Source: Opitutales bacterium (GTDB lineage Bacteria > Verrucomicrobiota > Verrucomicrobiia > Opitutales > UBA2987). Taken from it: a DNA stretch of 64,000 nucleotides. The position numbers and the translations under genes are program-made. The stretch spans positions 73,224-137,223 of the forward strand of contig JAJFLU010000048.1 of the NCBI GenBank assembly GCA_021772515.1. The letters are read 5' to 3'. Each line of letters begins with the position of its first letter. Position 1 is the stretch's first letter. A model generated the notes under the pieces. The model saw only the letters and a list, made by a program, of their open reading frames with translations. It was not told the DNA's origin and searched no databases. Shown here in pieces: positions 8,260 through 16,558 of the stretch.

Positions 8260-9726
8260 ATGAATTCTGAAAATTCAAGTATGGGCCGAAGCGGTTTCGT
8301 CGAGCAATTTGGTCTATTGAGTGCGGCCCAAATCGAGGCTGCCGCGGAGGTGGTTAAGCGGGTCGAAAAGGAAAACATCGAAGTGGTGCGGCTGTCGTTT
8401 GCCGACCAGCATGGTGTCCTGCGGGGAAAAACCTTGATGGCCGATAAATTGCCCGGAGCCATGAGGAATGGCTGCACGATGACATCCTCCTTGCTGGCCA
8501 AGGACACCTCACATCGAACGGTTTTTCCGGTCTGGGAAAAGGGCGGCGTTTTCGGCATGGAGGGAATGACGGGTGCCTGTGATTTCATCATGGTGCCGGA
8601 CCCGAGCACTTTTCGGGTTCTCCCGTGGGCGAACAAAACCGGTTGGATGCTCTGCGATATTTATTTTTCCGACGGTCAGCCCATCCCCTTTTCGACTCGC
8701 CAAATTCTTCGATCCGCACTCAAAAGATTGGAAGAAAAAGGCTGGGATTATATTGCCGGACTGGAGGTCGAGTTTCATATTTTCAAGCTGGAAGATGCCA
8801 AATTGCGCCCGCAACAGGCTGGGCAGCCAGCCGACCCGCCCGAGGTAAGTTTACTTGCTCACGGCTTCCAATATCTGACCGAAAATCGCATGGACGAACT
8901 CGATCCGGCCCTGGAGATTTTGAGGAAAAACCTGGACGGGCTGGACCTGCCATTGCGGTCGATCGAGGTAGAATTCGGCCCCAGCCAATGCGAAATCACC
9001 TTCGACCCCCGAACCGGTCTCGAGGCAGCCGACAACATGATCCTGTTTCGCGCCGCCGTGAAGCAAATTTGCCGCCGTCATGGATATCACGCAACTTTCA
9101 TGTGCCGCCCTGCCCTGCCAAATGTATTCTCGAGCGGCTGGCATCTCCATCAATCGCTGATTAACCGTGACACCGGCGAAAATGTATTTATGCCTCGAAA
9201 TGAGGGAGGCCTTCTTTCGGTTAAGGGCCAGCAATTCGCAGCGGGGCTCTTGGAGCATGCGCGCGCGGCCTGCGTATTTTCAAACCCAACCATCAATGGG
9301 TATAAACGCTTCAAACCCTACTCGCTGGCTCCGGATCGGGTCGTTTGGGGGCGGGACAACAAGGGCGCGATGATTCGAGCCGTGGGCGGAATTGGCGACC
9401 CCGGTACTCGGGTTGAAAATCGTGTGGGCGAACCCGCCGCCAACCCGTATCTCTTCATGGCCTCACAGATCCTTTGCGGTCTGGACGGTATGGAAAGGGA
9501 ATTGGAACCGCCGCTGCCCACGGAAACTCCCTACCACGCCGAAGCGGTTCGATTGCCGGGAAGTCTGGCGGAGGCATTGGCGGCTTTTCGGGAGGATTCG
9601 CTGTTTCGTGAGCAATTGGGCGGCACATTTTCGGAGTATTATCTCACGCTGAAAGAGGCGGAGGTGGCCCGCTTTATGTCGGAGATTACCGATTGGGAGC
9701 AAAGAGAATATTTCGAGCTTTTTTGA
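8260..9726 (+). CDS. Glutamine synthetase family protein (gamma-glutamyl ligase type, GlnA/PuuA-like)
   Basis: 488 aa. GS N-terminal beta-grasp-like VVRLSFADQHGVLRGKTL and a catalytic-domain-like stretch ...HLHQSL...ENRVGEPAANPYLFMASQILCGLDG. Starts 9 nt after the Rieske stop. Confidence 0.8.
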   Translation: MNSENSSMGRSGFVEQFGLLSAAQIEAAAEVVKRVEKENIEVVRLSFADQHGVLRGKTLMADKLPGAMRNGCTMTSSLLAKDTSHRTVFPVWEKGGVFGMEGMTGACDFIMVPDPSTFRVLPWANKTGWMLCDIYFSDGQPIPFSTRQILRSALKRLEEKGWDYIAGLEVEFHIFKLEDAKLRPQQAGQPADPPEVSLLAHGFQYLTENRMDELDPALEILRKNLDGLDLPLRSIEVEFGPSQCEITFDPRTGLEAADNMILFRAAVKQICRRHGYHATFMCRPALPNVFSSGWHLHQSLINRDTGENVFMPRNEGGLLSVKGQQFAAGLLEHARAACVFSNPTINGYKRFKPYSLAPDRVVWGRDNKGAMIRAVGGIGDPGTRVENRVGEPAANPYLFMASQILCGLDGMERELEPPLPTETPYHAEAVRLPGSLAEALAAFREDSLFREQLGGTFSEYYLTLKEAEVARFMSEITDWEQREYFELF

Positions 9727-9743
9727 AATTTTTTAAAAGTATC

Positions 9744-10601
9744 ATGGCACAATTTCTATCACTTTCGGCGGCTATTGAGGAGTATCTTTGTGATGGCGAT
9801 ACGGTTGTGATGGAGGGGTTTACGCACCTGATTCCATTTGCCGCCGGGCATGAGGTGATTCGCCAGAATCGGAGCGATCTGACACTCGTCCGCATGACGC
9901 CGGATTTGATTTACGACCAACTCGTGGGGATGGGCTGCGCGAAAAAACTGAAGTTTTCCTGGGCGGGCAATCCTGGAGTCGGCTCTCTCCACCGGTTGAG
10001 AGATGCCATTGAAAAAGGATGGCCAAACTCCATTGAAATCGAGGAACACAGCCATGCGGCCATGGCCAATGCCTTCGAGGCCGGAGCCGCCGGGCTGCCC
10101 TGTGCGGTCTTTCGGGGCTATCGAGGCTCGGATCTGCCCAAGGTTAATCCGAATATCAAATTTATCAACTGCCCGTTCACCGGCGAGGAGTTGGCCAGTG
10201 TGCCCGCGATCAATGCCGATGTCGCCATCGTGCATGCCCAAAGGGCGGACAGGGATGGCAATGTGCTGGTCGAGGGAATCGTCGGGGTGCAAAAGGAGGC
10301 CGTGTTGGGAGCGAAAAAGTCCATCGTCACGGTGGAGGAAGTGGTCGATGACCTGGCCACCGGGCCGAATTCGGTGATCCTGCCAGCCTGGACGATTGAC
10401 GCTATTGTTGAGGTGCCGGGCGGTGCATTTCCCTCCTATGCAGCCGGTTATTACAAGCGCAACAACGCTTTTTACAAAGCTTGGGATGCAATATCTCGCA
10501 ACCGCGATATTTTTCAGTCATGGATGAAAGAACATGTGCTCGATGTGGGGCCGGAAGTCTTTGCAAACCATAGAAATCCGGCGGCTTGGGTGGAGATTTA
10601 A
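9744..10601 (+). CDS. pcaI: CoA-transferase subunit A, probable 3-oxoadipate:succinyl-CoA transferase
   Basis: Family I CoA-transferase A-subunit-like sequence (GDTVVMEGFTHLIPFAAGHEVIR...). I prefer ATG 9744 (MAQFLSL...) over the track start 9693, which overlaps the upstream gene. The specific function is assigned by pca operon context. Confidence 0.75.
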   Translation: MAQFLSLSAAIEEYLCDGDTVVMEGFTHLIPFAAGHEVIRQNRSDLTLVRMTPDLIYDQLVGMGCAKKLKFSWAGNPGVGSLHRLRDAIEKGWPNSIEIEEHSHAAMANAFEAGAAGLPCAVFRGYRGSDLPKVNPNIKFINCPFTGEELASVPAINADVAIVHAQRADRDGNVLVEGIVGVQKEAVLGAKKSIVTVEEVVDDLATGPNSVILPAWTIDAIVEVPGGAFPSYAAGYYKRNNAFYKAWDAISRNRDIFQSWMKEHVLDVGPEVFANHRNPAAWVEI

Positions 10602-10602
10602 G

Positions 10603-11373
10603 ATGCGCTATTCTCGCAACGAAATGATGACCATTGCGGCGGCGCGCGCCCTCGGAAACGACGATGTCTGCTTTGTCGGTATCGGCCTGCCATCGGCGGC
10701 GGCCAACCTCGCGCGATCAATCCACGCGCCCGATATTACGCTCATTTACGAGTCCGGCACAATCGGCGCACGCCCGGATGTGCTGCCCCTATCCATCGGT
10801 GACAGCGAACTCTGTGAAACGGCGCGAACCACGGTGGCGGTGCCGGAAATGTTTCGCTATTGGCTGCAGGGCGGGCGTATCTCGGTCGGGTTTCTCAGCG
10901 CGGCTCAACTGGATCGATTTGGGAATCTCAACACGACCGTTATCGGCCCCTACGAAAACCCGAAAGTGCGCTTGCCGGGCAGTGGTGGGGCGACGGAAAT
11001 GGCCACCTCGTGCGGAGAAATCTTTATTGTCATGCGCCAGTCGACACGTAGTTTCGTCGAGAAACTTGATTTCATGACCTCGCTTGGGCATGGAACGGGG
11101 GGCGATGACCGCGCCCGACGCGGCATAAATACCAAGGGTCCGACTCTGGTCGTGACCGATTTTTGCGTTATGAAACCCGATCCAAAAACGAAGGAACTGA
11201 CAGTGGTTTCCCTCCACCCCGGAGTCAGCCGGGAGGATGTTGTCAACAATACTGGATGGGACATCCGCTTTAACAATAACCCGAGTGAAACTTCGCCCCC
11301 GAAGGAGGAGGAATTAGCCATTTTACGGGCCTTGAATGAACGAACCGCCTTGGCTCATGGAGGCTCCAACTGA
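10603..11373 (+). CDS. pcaJ: CoA-transferase subunit B, probable 3-oxoadipate:succinyl-CoA transferase
   Basis: MRYSRNEMMTIAAARALGNDDVCFVGIGLPS...ESGTIG... is a typical B subunit. ATG 10603 lies 2 nt after the subunit A stop. Confidence 0.75.
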   Translation: MRYSRNEMMTIAAARALGNDDVCFVGIGLPSAAANLARSIHAPDITLIYESGTIGARPDVLPLSIGDSELCETARTTVAVPEMFRYWLQGGRISVGFLSAAQLDRFGNLNTTVIGPYENPKVRLPGSGGATEMATSCGEIFIVMRQSTRSFVEKLDFMTSLGHGTGGDDRARRGINTKGPTLVVTDFCVMKPDPKTKELTVVSLHPGVSREDVVNNTGWDIRFNNNPSETSPPKEEELAILRALNERTALAHGGSN

Positions 11374-12581
11374 TGACTGGTGACGCCTATATCGTAGATT
11401 ATATCCGTACCCCGATTGGGCGTTATGGGGGGGCTTTGGCCTCGTTGCGGGCGGATAATTTGGCGGCTTTGCCGATCAGGGCGTTGATGTCACGAAATCC
11501 TTCGGTGGAGTGGAGTGAACTGGATGATGTCGTCCTTGGCTGTGCCAATCAGGCGGGTGAGGACAACCGCAATGTGGCGCGTATGGCTTTGCTGTTGGCG
11601 CAGTTTCCGGTTGCAGTGCCGGGGGTGACCATCAATCGCCTTTGTGGTTCCGGCATGGATGCGGTGGGTTATGCGGCGCGGGCGATCCGGCTGGGTGAGG
11701 CGGAATTGATGATCGCCGGTGGGGTCGAGTCGATGTCGCGGGCTCCCTTTGTTATGCCAAAATCGGAAAACGCTTTTTCGCGGAAAACGGAAATCTATGA
11801 CACCACCCTCGGTTGGCGTTTCGTCAATCCGATGCTGAAAGCGCAATATGGCGTCGATTCCATGCCGGAGACGGCCGAAAATGTGGCGGAGGAGTTTGAG
11901 GTTAGCCGGGAAGATCAGGATACGTTCGGTTTTCGCTCTCAAATAAAGGCAGACGAGGCCTTAAAAAGCGGTCGGCTGGCCGAGGAAATCGTGCCGGTTA
12001 CCATCTTTCAGAGAAAGGGCGACCTCATTGTGGTCGAGCGCGATGAGCACCCACGACCCGATACTTCTCTGGAGAAACTGGCCGGGTTAGGGACACCATT
12101 TCGTGAAAACGGCACGGTCACGGCGGGGAATTGCTCGGGTGTGAACGACGGGGCAGCGGCCCTATTGATCGCCTCGGAAAAAGCCTGCGAAAAGTTCAAT
12201 CTATCGCCGCTTGCCAAGGTGAGCGGCATGGCTGTGGCAGGAGTGCCGCCACGAATTATGGGCATGGGACCCGTGCCTGCCACGCAAAAGCTGCTCGAAC
12301 GCCACGGCCTCAGTATCTCAGAAATCGATGTGATCGAGCTAAACGAAGCCTTCGCGGCGCAGGCGTTGGCGGTTTTGAGAAAACTCGGCCTGCCGGACGA
12401 TACCGGGCATGTGAACCCCAATGGCGGAGCCATCGCGCTGGGCCACCCGCTCGGTATGTCGGGCGCACGGATCACCGGCACAGCGGCTTTGGAACTTCAT
12501 AAACAAGGCGGTAAATATGCCCTTGCCACCATGTGCATCGGTGTTGGGCAGGGAATTTCAATCCTGATTGAGAATGTTTAG
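11373..12581 (+). CDS. pcaF: 3-oxoadipyl-CoA thiolase / acetyl-CoA C-acyltransferase
   Basis: 402 aa. Thiolase active-site regions NRLCGSGMDAV, NPNGGAIALGHPLGMSGAR and CIGVGQG. The start overlaps the pcaJ stop (TGATG). Confidence 0.88.
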   Translation: MTGDAYIVDYIRTPIGRYGGALASLRADNLAALPIRALMSRNPSVEWSELDDVVLGCANQAGEDNRNVARMALLLAQFPVAVPGVTINRLCGSGMDAVGYAARAIRLGEAELMIAGGVESMSRAPFVMPKSENAFSRKTEIYDTTLGWRFVNPMLKAQYGVDSMPETAENVAEEFEVSREDQDTFGFRSQIKADEALKSGRLAEEIVPVTIFQRKGDLIVVERDEHPRPDTSLEKLAGLGTPFRENGTVTAGNCSGVNDGAAALLIASEKACEKFNLSPLAKVSGMAVAGVPPRIMGMGPVPATQKLLERHGLSISEIDVIELNEAFAAQALAVLRKLGLPDDTGHVNPNGGAIALGHPLGMSGARITGTAALELHKQGGKYALATMCIGVGQGISILIENV

Positions 12582-12590
12582 ATATTATTC

Positions 12591-13289
12591 ATGAAAATAA
12601 AACCCTATCGCCGAATGTCGGATGCCAAGTTTCCGCTGCTTCATCCCGACTATAAAAGCACCGTATTACGCGCCCCCAAACGACCACTCATTCCGCTGGC
12701 TCATACGATTTCTGAGATCACCGGTCCGGTTTACGGTCATGAGAAAGTCCGCCCACTGGATAACGACCTGACCCGCCAACACAAGGGCGAGCCTCTGGGC
12801 GAGCGCATCATTGTCGGCGGGCGTGTTCTGGATGAAAATGGCCGACCCGTGCGCAACACCATGATCGAGGTTTGGCAAGCCAATGCGGCCGGACGTTATT
12901 ATCACAAAAAAGACCTTCACGAAGCCCCCATCGACCCGAATTTCACGGGAGCGGGCCGCTGCATGACCGATGATGAAGGCCGCTACTCCTTTACCTCGAT
13001 CAAACCGGGGGCCTATCCCTGGCAAAACCATTCCAACGCCTGGCGGCCCGCCCACATTCATTTTTCGTTGTTTGGGATGGCCTTTGCCACCAGACTGGTC
13101 ACGCAAATGTATTTTCCCGGCGACCCGCTACTTCCAATGGATCCGATTTTCAACTGCGTGCCCGATGAACGTGCGAGGTCCCGCCTGATCTCCTCTTTTG
13201 ACCTGGAAACGACCCAGCCCGAATGGGCGCTCGGCTACCGTTTTGACATCGTGCTTCGAGGGCGCGATGAAACCCCAATGGAAACATGA
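12591..13289 (+). CDS. pcaH: Protocatechuate 3,4-dioxygenase beta subunit
   Basis: 232 aa. Intradiol dioxygenase core IEVWQANAAGRYYH...YSFTSIKPGAYPW...RPAHIHFSLF. Confidence 0.92.
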   Translation: MKIKPYRRMSDAKFPLLHPDYKSTVLRAPKRPLIPLAHTISEITGPVYGHEKVRPLDNDLTRQHKGEPLGERIIVGGRVLDENGRPVRNTMIEVWQANAAGRYYHKKDLHEAPIDPNFTGAGRCMTDDEGRYSFTSIKPGAYPWQNHSNAWRPAHIHFSLFGMAFATRLVTQMYFPGDPLLPMDPIFNCVPDERARSRLISSFDLETTQPEWALGYRFDIVLRGRDETPMET

Positions 13290-13876
13290 AGAAGATGACT
13301 TTTGGAGTAACGCCCTCACAGACCATCGGCCCGTTTTTCCACTATGGTATGGACTGGGAAGGGGGAGCCAATCTGGTGGGGGAAAATGTCGTGGGCGAAC
13401 GCATCGGCATTGAAGGCCGGGTGTTCGACGGCTCGGGCACGGCAGTAACGGATGCCCTCATCGAGATTTGGCAGGCAAATGCCTCAGGCAGATACACCCA
13501 TCCCGAGGACAGCCAACAAACACCGCCCGATGAAGATGAATTTATCGGCTTCGGACGCACCGAGACGGATGACGAAGGTTATTTTCGCTTCGATACGATA
13601 AAACCGGGGCGGGTTCCGGGACCGGAAAACACACTGCAAGCGCCCCATATTTCCGTTTCCGTATTTGCCCGAGGGGTCCTGGACAGACTGGCGACACGGC
13701 TCTATTTCTCGGATGAAACGGAGGCCAACGCCGAAGATGCCGTCCTTTCTGCCATCGAAGACGAGACCGTGCGCGCCTCCCTTTTGGCCAAATTAACCGA
13801 GTCCGACGGCAAACTGGTATATCGTTTTAACATTCACCTCCAAGGTGAACAAGAAACCCTTTTCTTCGAAATCTGA
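13286..13876 (+). CDS. pcaG: Protocatechuate 3,4-dioxygenase alpha subunit
   Basis: 196 aa. TPSQTIGPFFHYG...IEIWQANASGRYTHP...FRFDTIKPGRVPG...APHISVSVFARG. ATGA overlap with pcaH. Confidence 0.92.
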   Translation: MKKMTFGVTPSQTIGPFFHYGMDWEGGANLVGENVVGERIGIEGRVFDGSGTAVTDALIEIWQANASGRYTHPEDSQQTPPDEDEFIGFGRTETDDEGYFRFDTIKPGRVPGPENTLQAPHISVSVFARGVLDRLATRLYFSDETEANAEDAVLSAIEDETVRASLLAKLTESDGKLVYRFNIHLQGEQETLFFEI

Positions 13877-13894
13877 ACCCCAACCGCTTTCCGC

Positions 13895-15232
13895 ATGCCC
13901 CACCCCGCCAACCGCATACTTTCCACCGAGGCCATGACCGCCAACTTCGGTCCCGAGGCAACGGTCAGGGCATTGCTCGCATTCGAAGGGGCTTTGAGCC
14001 GGGCAGAGGCAACCGTGGGCCTCATCCCGTCCGAGTCAGCGGCGGCCATTTCTGCCGCCTGTGTCGTCGATCGATTTGGCTTGAACGACATCACAAACAG
14101 GGCCACACAATCAGGAAGTCTGGTGATTCCTTTGGTCGAGGATCTGATCACCGCAGTTGAGAAAACCGACCCTCCGGCAGCCGCCTTTGTGCATCGCGGG
14201 GCAACGAGTCAGGACGTGATCGATACCGGTCTCGTTCTGCAACTTCGAAATGCGGTTGAACTTTTGGTTACTGATATTCTTCGAATCGAGGCGGCCCTGA
14301 AGCAGCTTGCACGGGATCATGAGCAAACGCCTCTCGTAGGCCGCACACTTCTGCAGCCCGGCCCGCCGATCACATTAGGGCTCAAGGCGGCGGGCTGGTA
14401 CGCTGCCATCCGTCGCGGCAAACGGCGTATTGAAAATGCTGCCGAGGACGCGCTTGTCCTTCAGTTTGGCGGCGCGGTGGGCACGCTCTCGGCGCTGGGA
14501 GACATAGGGCTTGAAGTCGCCGAAGCGCTCGCGGCTGAACTGGATCTCGATCTTCCCGAAGCGCCCTGGCATACGCATCGTGATCGGATTGTTGCGCTCG
14601 CGTCGGCGGTTGCGATTCTCGTCGGCAGTCTGGGCAAGATGGCCCGAGATATTTCGCTCCTCATGCAATCGGAAGTGGATGAGGCATTTGAGCCTGTTGA
14701 GGAAGGACGCGGGGGTTCATCGGCCATGCCGCATAAGCGAAATCCGGTTGGCTGCATGATTGCCCTTTCGGCTTCGAATCGCGCGCCGGGGCTCCTTTCG
14801 ACCCTACTGTCGGGCATGGTTCAGGAACACGAACGGGCCCTCGGAGGCTGGCAGGCGGAATGGCCGACACTCCCGGCACTCTTCGAGGCTACAGCGGGGG
14901 CTGCGGAGGCAATGGCGGAAGTTACGGAGGGGCTCAAGGTCGATGCCAAAGCCATGCGTGCCAATATTGAAAAAACCAGGGGGCTTCTATTTTCGGAAAC
15001 CCTGGCCGGTGCTCTGATGAAGAAACTGGGTAAGGCCGAGGCGGATAAAATGGTTCGGCGACTATCGCAAACGGTTATTGAAACGGGTCAGGACCTGGAA
15101 ATTGTTGCTCGTGAGGAATTAGTAGCTTCTGGACTGATTACGGGCGAAGAATTGGGGCAGATTTTCGATATAGATAATGCTCTCGGCATGACGGCAAAAT
15201 TCATTGACCGACAACTCCGGGAAAAAAAGTAG
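13895..15232 (+). CDS. pcaB: 3-carboxy-cis,cis-muconate cycloisomerase
   Basis: 445 aa. Fumarate-lyase superfamily signature GSSAMPHKRNP. Placed between pcaG and pcaD. Confidence 0.88.
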   Translation: MPHPANRILSTEAMTANFGPEATVRALLAFEGALSRAEATVGLIPSESAAAISAACVVDRFGLNDITNRATQSGSLVIPLVEDLITAVEKTDPPAAAFVHRGATSQDVIDTGLVLQLRNAVELLVTDILRIEAALKQLARDHEQTPLVGRTLLQPGPPITLGLKAAGWYAAIRRGKRRIENAAEDALVLQFGGAVGTLSALGDIGLEVAEALAAELDLDLPEAPWHTHRDRIVALASAVAILVGSLGKMARDISLLMQSEVDEAFEPVEEGRGGSSAMPHKRNPVGCMIALSASNRAPGLLSTLLSGMVQEHERALGGWQAEWPTLPALFEATAGAAEAMAEVTEGLKVDAKAMRANIEKTRGLLFSETLAGALMKKLGKAEADKMVRRLSQTVIETGQDLEIVAREELVASGLITGEELGQIFDIDNALGMTAKFIDRQLREKK

Positions 15233-15256
15233 CGCTGACCTGAAGACTATTGATCT

Positions 15257-16057
15257 ATGGCTACACTCTTAACTAATGATAACGTTAGGCTCCACTACGA
15301 GTTAGAGGGCGACGTTGATGGACCTGTCCTTCTTTTTTCGAATTCACTCGGCATTGATCTCCATATGTGGGAGGGACAAGTCGAGGCCTTTCGGGATCAT
15401 TACCATATCCTTCGTTATGACAGCCGAGGGCATGGAGAGTCGGAGGCACCGCCGGGGCCTTATTCGATAGAGCGATTGGGCCGGGATGTCCTCGCCATTC
15501 TTGATGCGCTGGAGCTTGATCGAGTGTCTTTTTGTGGACTTTCCATGGGCGGAATGGTCGGGATGTGGCTCGGGGTCGAGGCTCCCGAACGGTTTCGGAA
15601 AATTGCCCTTTGCAACACCTCTGCCCACATGCCGCCGCCGAAAGCCTGGACGGAACGTTGTCAACTTGCCCGAAACGGCCGTATGGTAGATTTTGTCGAA
15701 ATGGTCATTGAGCGTTGGTTCACGGCCTCCTTCCGGGAGCGGGATCCGGAAGCGGTAAATCGCTGCCGGGAGCGTTTTCTTGCGACACCCACGGAGGGTT
15801 ATGCCGCCTGTTGTGAAGCGATCCGCGATATGGACCAGCGAGTGACAATTTGCCAAATCGAGACGCCGACCCTTGTCATCTCCGGGGGAAAAGACGAAGC
15901 CACTCCGCCTGAAAATGGCCGGTTCATCGCCGACCGCATCCCGAATGCGAGATATGTGGAGTTACCGGACGCGGCCCATCTCTCGAATATTGAACAAACG
16001 AAAATTTTCAACACCGCTTTGGGAAATTTCTTAAAGAATGAACGAAAAAGATTATGA
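15257..16057 (+). CDS. pcaD: 3-oxoadipate enol-lactonase (alpha/beta hydrolase)
   Basis: 266 aa. Nucleophile elbow GLSMGG and a C-terminal AAHLSNIEQ region typical of PcaD-type hydrolases. Confidence 0.85.
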   Translation: MATLLTNDNVRLHYELEGDVDGPVLLFSNSLGIDLHMWEGQVEAFRDHYHILRYDSRGHGESEAPPGPYSIERLGRDVLAILDALELDRVSFCGLSMGGMVGMWLGVEAPERFRKIALCNTSAHMPPPKAWTERCQLARNGRMVDFVEMVIERWFTASFRERDPEAVNRCRERFLATPTEGYAACCEAIRDMDQRVTICQIETPTLVISGGKDEATPPENGRFIADRIPNARYVELPDAAHLSNIEQTKIFNTALGNFLKNERKRL

Positions 16058-16443
16058 AAAACGAACAAACACAAAGTGAAATCCATGCCGAGGGAATGAC
16101 CGTGCGCCGGGAGGTTCTGGGCGATGCCCATGTCGATGAAGCCAATGCCGGGACGACCGATTTTAATGCAGATTTCTTTGATTTTATCAACCGTTATGCC
16201 TGGGGTGAAATCTGGAACCGGCCCGGCCTTGACCGCAGGACGAGGAGCATGCTCACCTTGGCGCTGTTAACCGCACGAGGCCATCGCGAGGAATTTAAAC
16301 CGCATATCATCGCCGCCCTCAACAACGGTCTGACAAGGGAAGAGATCAAAGAAGTTATTCTCCACACAGCGCTGTATGCCGGGCTGCCCGCAGCCAATAC
16401 CGCCTTCCACCTGGCAGCAGAAGTCTTTAAAGAGTTGGATTAA
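16054..16443 (+). CDS. pcaC: 4-carboxymuconolactone decarboxylase
   Basis: 129 aa carboxymuconolactone decarboxylase (CMD) domain: WGEIWNRPGLDRRTRSMLTLA...LTREEIKEVILHTALYAGLPAA. ATGA overlap with pcaD. Confidence 0.88.
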   Translation: MKNEQTQSEIHAEGMTVRREVLGDAHVDEANAGTTDFNADFFDFINRYAWGEIWNRPGLDRRTRSMLTLALLTARGHREEFKPHIIAALNNGLTREEIKEVILHTALYAGLPAANTAFHLAAEVFKELD

Positions 16444-16558
16444 GCCACGAATCTATTCCCATTATACTGTATATAAGGAAATCCATAGACATTTTAAATT
16501 AGTTCCAATGCAAATAGTATAATCAAAATACGAGAAATCTAGTCTTGATTCAAATGTT

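Noticed and set aside
9693-9743. In-frame upstream extensions of track ORFs (9693, 10534, 18957, 34736, 35706, 36731, 38700, 41003, 51810) and the extension of the large TPR gene to 26317
   Set aside because: All overlap the preceding gene. Internal ATG starts placed 1-25 nt after the upstream stop give proteins beginning at the family-typical N-terminus, so the extensions are treated as artefacts. The exact starts remain unverified.
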